From positions 1 to 45,157 of the IMG/VR virus record IMGVR_UViG_3300001683_000005: DNA of 45,157 nt; one strand, 5' to 3'. Of the stretch, positions 33,034 through 40,153 are shown in pieces (the first letter of the stretch is position 1; the number at the start of each line of letters is the position of its first letter). The translations under genes and the position numbers were made by a program. The notes under the pieces were generated by a model, which had not been told where the DNA came from, made no database searches, and was given only the letters and a program-made list of their open reading frames with translations. The DNA comes from a virus.

Positions 33034-34484
33034 ACTTGGTCGTTGTCGGCCAGCACTTGCCGGACGACTTCCTCGATGGCTGCTCCCTCTGAGTCCATAT
33101 CAACGAGCCAGTCCCCACCTCGCAAGTGGTAGTTCTCGCCGTCCAGCGCCGTCTTGCAGGCTCTGTGGACCGCCTGGAACGAACGGCTGGGAAGGGGTTG
33201 CAGTTCGCCGTCCTCGCCGCCAGCACTTCCGTACTTCTTGTAGTTGAGAGTCAGCAGACCCGTATCACTGTCTTGGAGTCTCCGTCCCAGGTGGCGGGCA
33301 GCCTTGCTCGGCATTTGCACGCCATTGATGCTCTTGTCGAAGTAGTTCTCCCAGTCTCCGTCACTGACTGCAACGATGTCAGCGCCTTCGTATCCGTGCT
33401 CGTCGATCAGGTCGAGGGCCTTCTCCATCGCCGGGAACAGGTTGGTTCCTCCGTCCACCCACTGGGTGGCCACCGCCAGATAGTCAGCGGCAGTGGCCGA
33501 GGCAGCGTTCTCAAGGCTCAAGGTGACCTGTGAGTAGTGAGCGAACTGCACGCAGTGGAAGGGGCGCTTCTGAAGTTGAGCGACCCGCAGAGCGGCGAAC
33601 GACATCGCGATGGCCCACTCTCTCGGGGGGCCGCTCATGGACCCGCTCTGGTCCACCACCATGATAACCGGGCCACGGCCATGTGGTGCGGTGGTCTGCT
33701 GCTCACTCTGGAGCAGGGTGCCCTCAGCAAACTTCAGGGCGAAGGTGGCGGAGTTGGCCAGTTCCGTTGGGAGGGCCCTGGCAGCGTCACTGCCGTAGGT
33801 GAGAGCGGAGTCCTGACCGCTCCCGAGGACATGGTCCTCGACTGCGCCCTCGACGATAGTCATCGCCTTCCCGAGCAGGTCCATGAACTTGGTGTAGTTT
33901 CGAGCCTGCATGGCTCCAGCGAGGCGATAGACCGTCTCCAGGCTGTCCAGGTGCTGGCAGTATTCTCCGCCTGTCCCCCGGCCACTTCTTCCTGTGCCCT
34001 CGCTGCCCTCGCTGCCCTCGCCTTCGCCGTACAGGGCCTCTTCGCCCAGGAGTTCTTCGAGGTCCGCAAGAACCTCGTCCTTGGCGATGTCTTTCGCTTG
34101 GCTCTTCTGGAGGGACTTGTACTTTTTGGTCAGATCCTCACCGGACCCTCTTACTTTCTCCTCGGTCGTGCCGGGGAAACTGGTCAACTGCGAAACAGCG
34201 AGAACGGCGAGAGCGCTCTCCTGAAGGTTTCCACGGGTGTGGCCCCGCACCTCGTTGGCGAAGTCCTGCACGGCGGGGGCGTCGAACGCTGGCTGGCCGA
34301 GACCAGAAAACTCTCTCATGAAGCCCTTGAAAACATCCATGCTGAACCCGCTGCGCTGGAAGCAGGCGGCGACCCCGATGCTGGCGGGCAGATACCCTTC
34401 GCCGAGCACAGGGTCAACGGCGTACTCGACGCCCTTGGCGGCTCCCTTTCCGTTCTCGTTCATCCACTGATTAAAGTCCTTCAT
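33030..34484 (-). CDS. von Willebrand factor A (vWA) domain protein with a MIDAS motif, 484 aa
   Basis: VIMVVDQSGSMSG (DxSxS), then ...WVDGGTNLFPAMEKAL... and ...ADIVAVSDGDWE (the T and D MIDAS positions). AAGGAG SD. Lies directly downstream of the MoxR-type ATPase gene. Confidence 0.8.
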   Translation of the reverse strand: MKDFNQWMNENGKGAAKGVEYAVDPVLGEGYLPASIGVAACFQRSGFSMDVFKGFMREFSGLGQPAFDAPAVQDFANEVRGHTRGNLQESALAVLAVSQLTSFPGTTEEKVRGSGEDLTKKYKSLQKSQAKDIAKDEVLADLEELLGEEALYGEGEGSEGSEGTGRSGRGTGGEYCQHLDSLETVYRLAGAMQARNYTKFMDLLGKAMTIVEGAVEDHVLGSGQDSALTYGSDAARALPTELANSATFALKFAEGTLLQSEQQTTAPHGRGPVIMVVDQSGSMSGPPREWAIAMSFAALRVAQLQKRPFHCVQFAHYSQVTLSLENAASATAADYLAVATQWVDGGTNLFPAMEKALDLIDEHGYEGADIVAVSDGDWENYFDKSINGVQMPSKAARHLGRRLQDSDTGLLTLNYKKYGSAGGEDGELQPLPSRSFQAVHRACKTALDGENYHLRGGDWLVDMDSEGAAIEEVVRQVLADNDQV

Positions 34485-34525
34485 GTCTTCTCCTTCTTTC
34501 TATGCCCTGTTGGGCCATACTACCT

Positions 34526-34554
34526 ATGCTACTCGATACCTCTGGGGCTCGCAA
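34526..34554 (-). promoter_or_regulatory. Sigma70-like promoter candidate (TTGCGA-17-TAGCAT) upstream of the vWA gene
   Basis: On the minus strand, TTGCGA (34554-34549), a 17-nt spacer, then TAGCAT (34531-34526). It is part of the conserved box CTTGCGAGCCCC and is preceded by the hairpin agtggg-tcggt-cccact (34554-34570). Confidence 0.4.
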
Positions 34555-34573
34555 GTGGGTCGGTCCCACTTTC

Positions 34574-36142
34574 TCACTTTCCACTTTTGCTGGCTTTCAC
34601 GGCTGCTTTGCGGACTCGGTCGGCGACCAGCGCCTCGATGGTTCCGTTGGGGTCGCCCTGCACCGGAACAGGCGAGGACTGAACGACCGGACCCTTGCCG
34701 TTCCCGATCAGCGACTCGGTGGTCGCTGCCATAATCTGGTCTCCGAGGGCCACTGAGTCGCTGACCACATGAGAGACCGAGGAGCGTGAGTAAATCTCCG
34801 CCTCCACGAGTTGGCGCTCTCCTGGGGTGTTCCAGGCCGTGTCAGCGAGAATCAGGGCGTACTCGGGGCCGACCGACTTCTTGCCGTCGAGGTGCGCCCA
34901 CACCTTGGCGACTTCCATGAGGTTCCGCAGGCGGCGGTCGTCAATCCGGATCCCACGGGTGCGGGGGCCAGTGTGCAGGGTGCTCAGGGCGTCGAGGCAC
35001 TGGAGCCACACTTTGCCGAAGGCTTTGGTAAGAGGCAGGGCGAGGGCCTTCTGACGCTCTGCGTCCAGGTCAGCCTCGGTCAGGCTACCGATAACAGACT
35101 GCGGCAGGCTCGGGCGGTTCCACTCCTGGATTCCCAGCAACTGGGCCCGGCCCTCGTCGCCGACAATCGAGTCGCAGTAACAGCGCAGCGAGAAGCGAGA
35201 GTAGAGGGCTTCGAGACTCTTATCCTGAGGCGTCTCGTTGCTGGCGGCGAGCACACAGCGAGTCTTGGCGGCGTGCTCCTTGCCGTCCTCGAAGTAGGTG
35301 CGCTGACTCATCAGGCGCAGCATCGAGTTGAGGAGGAAGGGGCTGCTCTTCCAGATCTCGTCCACCACTGCGAAGGTGGCCTCGCTCATGTATCCCTGGC
35401 GGAGGCGGACTTGGCGCCCCTCCTCGGTCAGAATCTTGGTGTTCATCGGACCCTCCAGTTCATCTCGGCTAGTGCCAGCGGAGACCAGGGTGTCGAAGAC
35501 GGTCCCGCCCACGCACTTGGCGAAGTCCTGGGTGAGGTCGGTCTTACCCGTGCCCGGCGGGCCAAGGAAGAAGCAGTGGCTCTTGCTGACCGCTGCGACC
35601 AGCAGCAACTGCACCTCGTAAGCACGCTCGATGTAGCGCTCGTTGAGGGCGTGTCGGACCTGCTGGAGCGGGGTGAGGTGCTGCGGGGCGACCGCTGCCA
35701 CCGCTGCGGAGGGCGGACCTGAAGACTGTACCCGCTTCGTCGGTCGGGTCGTATCCGGCTTGGCCTTGCCCCGAGACTTCCGACCCGGTGCCGCCGCCAC
35801 TGCGTTCCATGCGGCGAGGGCCGCATCCTCCGCCACATACACTCCCTGCGGGTGACTCGGGTGGATCATGACCAGAGTGAGGGGCAGATCGATGGTGGTG
35901 GTCCCCTTGGTCACGGCGAGGACGCCCACTCTTCCGTTGTTCTTGGCCAAGCGCAGACCGCTGACTCCTGCTGCCCTCATAAGACCGACAAGGCTGAAGA
36001 CCAACGGGCAGAACGAAAGTGAGTTGTGCGCAACGCACTCTTCCATCTCGACTCGGCTGGCGAGGAGCCAAAGATTCCCCGGCACCGTCCCCTGAAACTG
36101 TGCAGTGCAGGACTTCCGCACTTCTCGATACGACTTGCTCAT
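34574..36142 (-). CDS. MoxR-type AAA+ ATPase with an extra N-terminal domain of about 150 aa, 522 aa
   Basis: Walker A FFLGPPGTGKT, Walker B FAVVDEIWK, sensor-1 VLAASNE, and ...ALYSRFSLRCY, typical of MoxR/RavA-like ATPases. AAGGAG SD. Confidence 0.8.
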   Translation of the reverse strand: MSKSYREVRKSCTAQFQGTVPGNLWLLASRVEMEECVAHNSLSFCPLVFSLVGLMRAAGVSGLRLAKNNGRVGVLAVTKGTTTIDLPLTLVMIHPSHPQGVYVAEDAALAAWNAVAAAPGRKSRGKAKPDTTRPTKRVQSSGPPSAAVAAVAPQHLTPLQQVRHALNERYIERAYEVQLLLVAAVSKSHCFFLGPPGTGKTDLTQDFAKCVGGTVFDTLVSAGTSRDELEGPMNTKILTEEGRQVRLRQGYMSEATFAVVDEIWKSSPFLLNSMLRLMSQRTYFEDGKEHAAKTRCVLAASNETPQDKSLEALYSRFSLRCYCDSIVGDEGRAQLLGIQEWNRPSLPQSVIGSLTEADLDAERQKALALPLTKAFGKVWLQCLDALSTLHTGPRTRGIRIDDRRLRNLMEVAKVWAHLDGKKSVGPEYALILADTAWNTPGERQLVEAEIYSRSSVSHVVSDSVALGDQIMAATTESLIGNGKGPVVQSSPVPVQGDPNGTIEALVADRVRKAAVKASKSGK

Positions 36143-36179
36143 TCTATCTCCTTCTTCTTAGTGACTAACACCTACCCCT

Positions 36180-36208
36180 ACGGTACAGCACCACAGGGGG
36201 GCTCGCAA
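36180..36208 (-). promoter_or_regulatory. Sigma70-like promoter candidate (TTGCGA-17-TACCGT) upstream of the MoxR-type gene
   Basis: On the minus strand, TTGCGA (36208-36203), a 17-nt spacer, then TACCGT (36185-36180). It has the same CTTGCGAGCCCC box and geometry as the candidate at 34526-34554. Confidence 0.35.
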
Positions 36209-36237
36209 GCGGTTCTGTCCCGCCTTCTTATCTTTTC

Positions 36238-36795
36238 TTATCTGTTCTTCTTGGGACTTACAATCGCCACTCTGGTCAGCATGGTCTGGTGGACGCCTCC
36301 GAAGTCCTGGTGACGCTTCACCGTGCCTCTTATGGTGAGGCTGGCGCCCTTATCCAGGTCCGCCACCTCCCCGCTCACGAACGCCGTTACGGTGAAGCGC
36401 TCGTCACCGCTCCCCTCGGGGGCCACCTCGAAGTGGAGCAGGGTCCAGGTGGCCCGCTCGACTGGCCCGTTCCAGGATCCGGTCCGGGAAGGTTCCTTCG
36501 ACTTCGTCGTCTTGGCCACAGTGACCTGGAGGGTGACTCGCTCACCAACCGGGACGGGCAGGAAGGCGCCCTGTGGCCCCTCCTCCTGCCTCTTCTCGAA
36601 CTCCCCGACCAGCCGCTCCAGGAGGGCCACCTGCTTCTCGCTGGGGCACCATGGCTCCTGAATGATCCGGGCGACGATGCTGGTCGGCTGCTCCAGGCAC
36701 ATCTTCAGCAGCCTCACGAGCAGCGGCTGGTTGTCCTTGTTCCACTGGGCGCGAGCAGCCTTGTGCTGCTTCATGGTCCTGCGGGGCTTGCTCAT
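36238..36795 (-). CDS. Hypothetical protein, 185 aa; the C-terminal half is possibly OB-fold-like
   Basis: The alternating beta pattern VTLQVTV...WTLLHFEV...FTVTAFVSGE...LTIRGTVKRH...TRVAIV suggests a small beta-barrel. Low confidence for function. Confidence 0.45.
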   Translation of the reverse strand: MSKPRRTMKQHKAARAQWNKDNQPLLVRLLKMCLEQPTSIVARIIQEPWCPSEKQVALLERLVGEFEKRQEEGPQGAFLPVPVGERVTLQVTVAKTTKSKEPSRTGSWNGPVERATWTLLHFEVAPEGSGDERFTVTAFVSGEVADLDKGASLTIRGTVKRHQDFGGVHQTMLTRVAIVSPKKNR

Positions 36796-37121
36796 GAGCG
36801 CCCCCTTGCCGACAAGTAAGACTCCTCTTTGATGGCTGCGTGGTGCAACTTGAGGTAGTCGGCGTTGAAGGTGGCCAGGGCCTGGAGGTAGGCCCTGCGA
36901 CCCGGAGGCAGGTCACTGGCAGGCACAGGATGAATGGTATCGAGCAGGGCGTTCTGGAGCGTCAGGAAGGTGGCGTCACGAGCCTCGAACTGGCCCTCCG
37001 AACTGCACGGTCTGGTGGCGGCGGCGAGGGCGTCCAGGATACTCTGCTCCTGGCGCATGGTCTCCTCGTGAAGGGTGGTGAGGTGCAGAAGTCTCTGCAA
37101 GGTTGTCATCGGGCTGCTCAT
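36792..37121 (-). CDS. Hypothetical protein, 109 aa
   Basis: I prefer the ATG at 37121 (ATGA overlap plus a GAAGGGGGG SD within the conserved junction cassette) to the track start at 37280. Confidence 0.5.
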   Translation of the reverse strand: MSSPMTTLQRLLHLTTLHEETMRQEQSILDALAAATRPCSSEGQFEARDATFLTLQNALLDTIHPVPASDLPPGRRAYLQALATFNADYLKLHHAAIKEESYLSARGRS

Positions 37122-37522
37122 GAGCGCCCCCCTTCGCTGTAGGAGTCTGCGAGGTTGGCCCAGTAGGCCACCGCACCGAGGTGCCAGTGGACCCCTGTGT
37201 GGCTCTGCCAGTCGAGCGGAACGAGGCAGTTCATGGTGCGACCTCCGCCGATGTTGATGTAGTCGTCGGGGTGCTGGCAATAAGGGTCGTGCTTGCGGGT
37301 GTGCAGGATCCAGTCCTCACGGGGCATCTCGTCGCCGTCCTCGTCAGTGGTCGTGAATCCCCTGGCCTTCACCTCGGCGGCGGTCTGGGCGATGAGGCGG
37401 CAGAGGCGCCCCTCGTCCCACCCGGTCACCATCGCAACGGCACTTACCCCCACATTGTCAATAACCACATCGTTGGTCAGGACTGCCAGTGCGAAGTCCA
37501 AACGGTTCAGTTGGTTGGCCAT
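37118..37522 (-). CDS. Hypothetical protein, 134 aa
   Basis: ATG with AAGGAGG SD. The C-terminus ...YSEGGRS is encoded by the conserved junction cassette. Confidence 0.5.
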   Translation of the reverse strand: MANQLNRLDFALAVLTNDVVIDNVGVSAVAMVTGWDEGRLCRLIAQTAAEVKARGFTTTDEDGDEMPREDWILHTRKHDPYCQHPDDYINIGGGRTMNCLVPLDWQSHTGVHWHLGAVAYWANLADSYSEGGRS

Positions 37523-37564
37523 GGTTGGCCTCCTTCTTCTTCAAGGTTGTCTGCCTCGTCAGGC

Positions 37565-37582
37565 CCACGGAAACACCCGTGG
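37565..37582 (-). other. Intergenic hairpin (6-bp stem ccacgg/ccgtgg, 6-nt loop) in the 89-nt spacer
   Basis: Read directly. There is no U-tract, so it is not a canonical terminator. Confidence 0.4.
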
Positions 37583-37611
37583 ACGACGACCCTCCAGTGG
37601 GGCCGTTTCGG

Positions 37612-38124
37612 CTACCGCTTGGCGTTCTCAAGGGCGGCGATCTGCCCCAGCACCTTCCTGCGTATCTCCTTCAGGGCGATTTCACGGGTCTTGCCCGGCC
37701 CCGAACCCTCGTTCCGGGCGACCTGTATAGCATCACTGAGAGCCAAGTGGATCCTCTCAAGGTCATCCTCAGTCAATGGCTCGGTCAGGAACTCAATCGG
37801 GCGGCAGGTTGCGTAGTCGTCGAAGGCAAGGGGCGTGAACTGCTCCACCCACTTCCTGGCGTCCTCCAGGTTCCACTCCATCGGGAAGCGGATCGAGGCG
37901 ATACCCTCCTGTATGTCTTCAGCGGTGAGGGTTGCTCCCTTCGGGAAGTCCAGTGCGATGAGCAGGGCGCAGGGCTGTCCCAGTGGCGTCCTCGTGCGCA
38001 CCTCGTCGCCCTCCTGGACGGTGGCATTGAAGTCAGCGACCCAGAGCCTCTGGACCTCTGTGTGGCTCTCGTCCTCGAACAGTCTGTATTTGCCGCTCAG
38101 GGCGGCTGCGGTTGGGTTGGTCAT
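37612..38124 (-). CDS. Hypothetical protein, 170 aa
   Basis: ATG with GAAGGAGAAG SD. The stop is followed by the TAGCCGAAACG box. Confidence 0.5.
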   Translation of the reverse strand: MTNPTAAALSGKYRLFEDESHTEVQRLWVADFNATVQEGDEVRTRTPLGQPCALLIALDFPKGATLTAEDIQEGIASIRFPMEWNLEDARKWVEQFTPLAFDDYATCRPIEFLTEPLTEDDLERIHLALSDAIQVARNEGSGPGKTREIALKEIRRKVLGQIAALENAKR

Positions 38125-38151
38125 GGTCTTCTCCTTCGTCTCGGGTCTCGT

Positions 38152-38174
38152 GGGGGCGCCACCGTGACGCCCCC
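38152..38174 (-). other. GC-rich intergenic hairpin (7-bp stem gggggcg/cgccccc, 9-nt loop), no U-tract
   Basis: Read directly in the 68-nt spacer between 38193-38654 and 37612-38124. Possibly an RNA stability or processing element. Confidence 0.45.
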
Positions 38175-38192
38175 CTCCTCTTATCGTTTCGG

Positions 38193-38654
38193 CTAGCAGA
38201 AGTGCGACTGGCAGTACGGCTCGTATCCAGGGAAGTCAGCGAGACAGGCCTCGTGAATCCTGGTGCGCTGCTCCTCGGTCAGTTCGTCGTCGAACAAACC
38301 GGACAGGTTGGAGAGGTGCTCCTGGGCGTTCCAGAAGGCGGCCCTCTGAGTGGGGGTATTCTTCGTCCTCTTATTGGCGTTGGCGAGCAGGCGCTCCACT
38401 TTGGTCAACTGGCTTCGCAGGCGCAGTGGCAGCGCCTTCTCCAGTTTCGTCCTCTCGTCGTCACTGTTCCCCAGCGACTCCTCCAGCAGGGCGATCAGTT
38501 CCAGCGTCTGCTCACGGTCCAGGTTCATGACCGGGTCTTCGAGGTCAGCGCCCACGGTCTCTGTCGTCCACATCGCCACCCGCACTCCAGGCCCTGAGTG
38601 CCGAAAGGTGATACTGATCTTTCCGCCAGTGCTTCCGTACAACATCTTGCTCAT
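38193..38654 (-). CDS. Hypothetical protein, 153 aa
   Basis: ATGA-coupled within the junction cassette. The stop is followed by the TAGCCGAAACG box. Confidence 0.5.
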   Translation of the reverse strand: MSKMLYGSTGGKISITFRHSGPGVRVAMWTTETVGADLEDPVMNLDREQTLELIALLEESLGNSDDERTKLEKALPLRLRSQLTKVERLLANANKRTKNTPTQRAAFWNAQEHLSNLSGLFDDELTEEQRTRIHEACLADFPGYEPYCQSHFC

Positions 38655-38875
38655 GAGCGCCCCCCTTCGCTGGTCAACTCGCCCTCCAGCCGGGCGATAG
38701 TTGCGGCCTGGTCACGCACGGTCTCCAGCAGTGCGACAAGGGTCTCTCGCTGAACACGAGCGTTTCCGAACCAGCCTCCCGGCCCTCCGACTGGCCTAAG
38801 GTCTGTGACGATCTGAGCCAGCACTGCTTCGGCATCCACCGCCCTTAGTTTCTCTCGCTTCTCGTTCTCGGTCAT
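38651..38875 (-). CDS. Hypothetical protein, 74 aa (first gene of the early block)
   Basis: ATG with GAAGGAGACG SD. The C-terminus ...LTSEGGRS is encoded by the junction cassette. Confidence 0.5.
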   Translation of the reverse strand: MTENEKREKLRAVDAEAVLAQIVTDLRPVGGPGGWFGNARVQRETLVALLETVRDQAATIARLEGELTSEGGRS

Positions 38876-38930
38876 GGTGCGTCTCCTTCGGTTCGGAGGG
38901 CGGCGGAAGTGCCACTCTCAACATACCTCT

Positions 38931-38959
38931 AGTAGAAGGGAGTGGATTCGTCCCGTCAA
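38931..38959 (-). promoter_or_regulatory. Candidate early leftward promoter (TTGACG-17-TCTACT)
   Basis: On the minus strand, TTGACG (38959-38954), a 17-nt spacer, then TCTACT (38936-38931), 56 nt upstream of the first early ATG. Confidence 0.3.
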
Positions 38960-39185
38960 CCTATGTGGGCAAAGTTCTTACTGCCTTCTTTACCAAACAC
39001 CTACAGAGGGGCAGGAGAGCGGTGGTACTGTGATAATAAATAGTGGAGAATCTTCAGGGAGGCGGGCTTCCAGTAGTACGGTGCTCGCCGGGTCGGGACG
39101 GGACCAGGGCTTCGGGAGCAGGCTGGCAGGTCAGCAGGCAAGGACAGGGTTGTGTCGTCCGGGCCTCCACTGTCTCCCGCTCGTG

Positions 39186-39283
39186 GGTCGCTGGTCGGTG
39201 CGCCGGATAAGAGGTCGGGGCGTGCTGGTCGGTGGTCAGGTCGGGCTGGTCGGGTGGTGCTGGGTCGGTGGATCAGTGGTCGG
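39186..39283 (+). repeat. Cluster of at least 6 short degenerate direct repeats, core TGGTCGG (iteron-like)
   Basis: CTGGTCGGTG is exact at 39191-39200 and 39225-39234. Variants occur at 39213, 39246, 39262 and 39277. The block is strongly G/T-rich on the top strand. Confidence 0.7.
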
Positions 39284-39292
39284 AGGAGGGCT

Positions 39293-39309
39293 GGATAAGA
39301 GCGACCTCG
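39293..39309 (+). repeat. 17-nt box GGATAAGAGCGACCTCG (copy 1; partner at 39389-39405 with 1 mismatch; shorter GGATAAGAG at 39205-39213)
   Basis: Read directly. The box contains the genome-wide over-represented ATAAGAG core. Confidence 0.8.
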
Positions 39310-39388
39310 TTCCCCCCCCGTGCGTGTCGTGCGGGCGGGCGTGCGTGCGGGTGGATCGGAGGGGGCGGGGGCCGGATCCTGGGGGCTC

Positions 39389-39405
39389 GGATAAGACCGA
39401 CCTCG
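39389..39405 (+). repeat. 17-nt box GGATAAGACCGACCTCG (copy 2)
   Basis: Matches 39293-39309 at 16 of 17 positions, 96 bp downstream. Confidence 0.8.
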
Positions 39406-39865
39406 ACCCGGGCGGAGGGGGGGGCGGGCCCCCGGCGGGGCCGTTTCGACGGCAGGTATTATATCCCCTTTGCCGAAATCTGGGCGTGTGTTACTGGGTA
39501 GTGCTCTGAGGGGGTGGTAGTGGCCGAGGAGGGCTGTGGGCGATTGCCCCGCTTGCCGCGTTGTTGCCCCCCTCGACCTTGAGGTTCGGAGAAGTTTGCG
39601 TCAGGTACTTATCCCGGGCTGGTACATAAGGTATCTCGTGCAGGTGCTCCAGTATCCCTCGTCTAACTTTCTCGGCAGTTCTTATGCAGGCTTTGGAGGC
39701 ACGAGCGAAGTCTTCCTTGCAAACGCTTCTCTGGTGGACCTTGCCCAGTAAAAAGGAAACTTCCTCTAGAGTGAGCAGGGAGGGATCGTACTGAACGCCT
39801 AAATAGGAGGGGGGAGGTTTTTTTCTTGGGATTTCTTCCCCTTTGGTCTAGATGGGCCATCAGTT

Positions 39866-39884
39866 CAGCCCACTAGATTGGTAG
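39866..39884 (+). repeat. Imperfect direct repeat CAGCCCACT(A/G)..TTGGT.AG (partner at 40019-40038)
   Basis: cagcccactagattggtag versus cagcccactgagttggtgag, about 150 bp apart, upstream of the first late gene. Nearby, gggtctag/ggtctag is also duplicated (39845, 39973). Confidence 0.5.
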
Positions 39885-40153
39885 ATAGGAGCACTAATCA
39901 AAACCCCCCCTACCCCCCCTTCGATTTGAAGGAGGTTGTGCGCGTGGTAGGAACCTGACCTAGTAAGCCCGCTGGGTCTAGTTCCAATCGCACTGGTAGG
40001 GGGGAGAAGAAGAAAAGCCAGCCCACTGAGTTGGTGAGTAGTCGCTCTCGTCGTCGAAGACCCCAAACTTGACGACCAGCCATTGGACTCGACATTCAGG
40101 AGTCCGCTGGCTGAACGCTGGACAGCCTACTCCGGGCCTCTTATGGTGTCAAT

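Larger units (their letters stand above)
38876..40153. other. 1,278-bp non-coding control region between the divergent early and late blocks (candidate ori / pac / promoter region)
   Basis: No ORF has a credible start plus SD. The region contains an AT-rich island (39029-39056), a G-rich top-strand block with TGGTCGG repeats, three GGATAAGA boxes, C8 (39312-39319) and G8 (39417-39424) tracts, and hairpins. The rest of the genome is almost gap-free. Confidence 0.7.

Noticed and set aside
31469-35722. Long plus-strand ORFs 31469-32563 (364 aa), 32334-33092, 33537-34682 (381 aa) and 34811-35722 (303 aa)
   Set aside because: They are antisense to minus-strand genes that have clear motifs (vWA MIDAS, MoxR Walker A/B) and SD-coupled starts. 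Their compositions are Arg/Leu/Ser/Pro-rich and shadow-like.
38874-39509. 211-aa plus-strand ORF in the non-coding region
   Set aside because: The translation is low-complexity Gly/Arg/Val (GGQVGLVGWCWVGGSVVGGG...), produced by the TGGTCGG and G-run repeats. It has no SD, and it starts inside the first early gene on the other strand.
39840-40060. tRNA-like strings (AGATTGGTAGA and GAGTTGGTGAG resemble D-loops; CCTTCGATTTGAAGG looks like a T-arm)
   Set aside because: I could not fold a cloverleaf. The acceptor and anticodon stems do not pair, and the T-arm candidate has a 5-nt loop and no complementary 5-bp stem around a 7-nt TTCGAAT-type loop. I treat these as short repeats and hairpins instead.
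40069-40096. Late promoter candidate TTGACG (40069-40074) upstream of terS
   Set aside because: The best -10 at 16-18-nt spacing (GACATT / ACATTC) matches the consensus at only 2-3 of 6 positions. It is too weak to annotate, so the late promoter remains unidentified.
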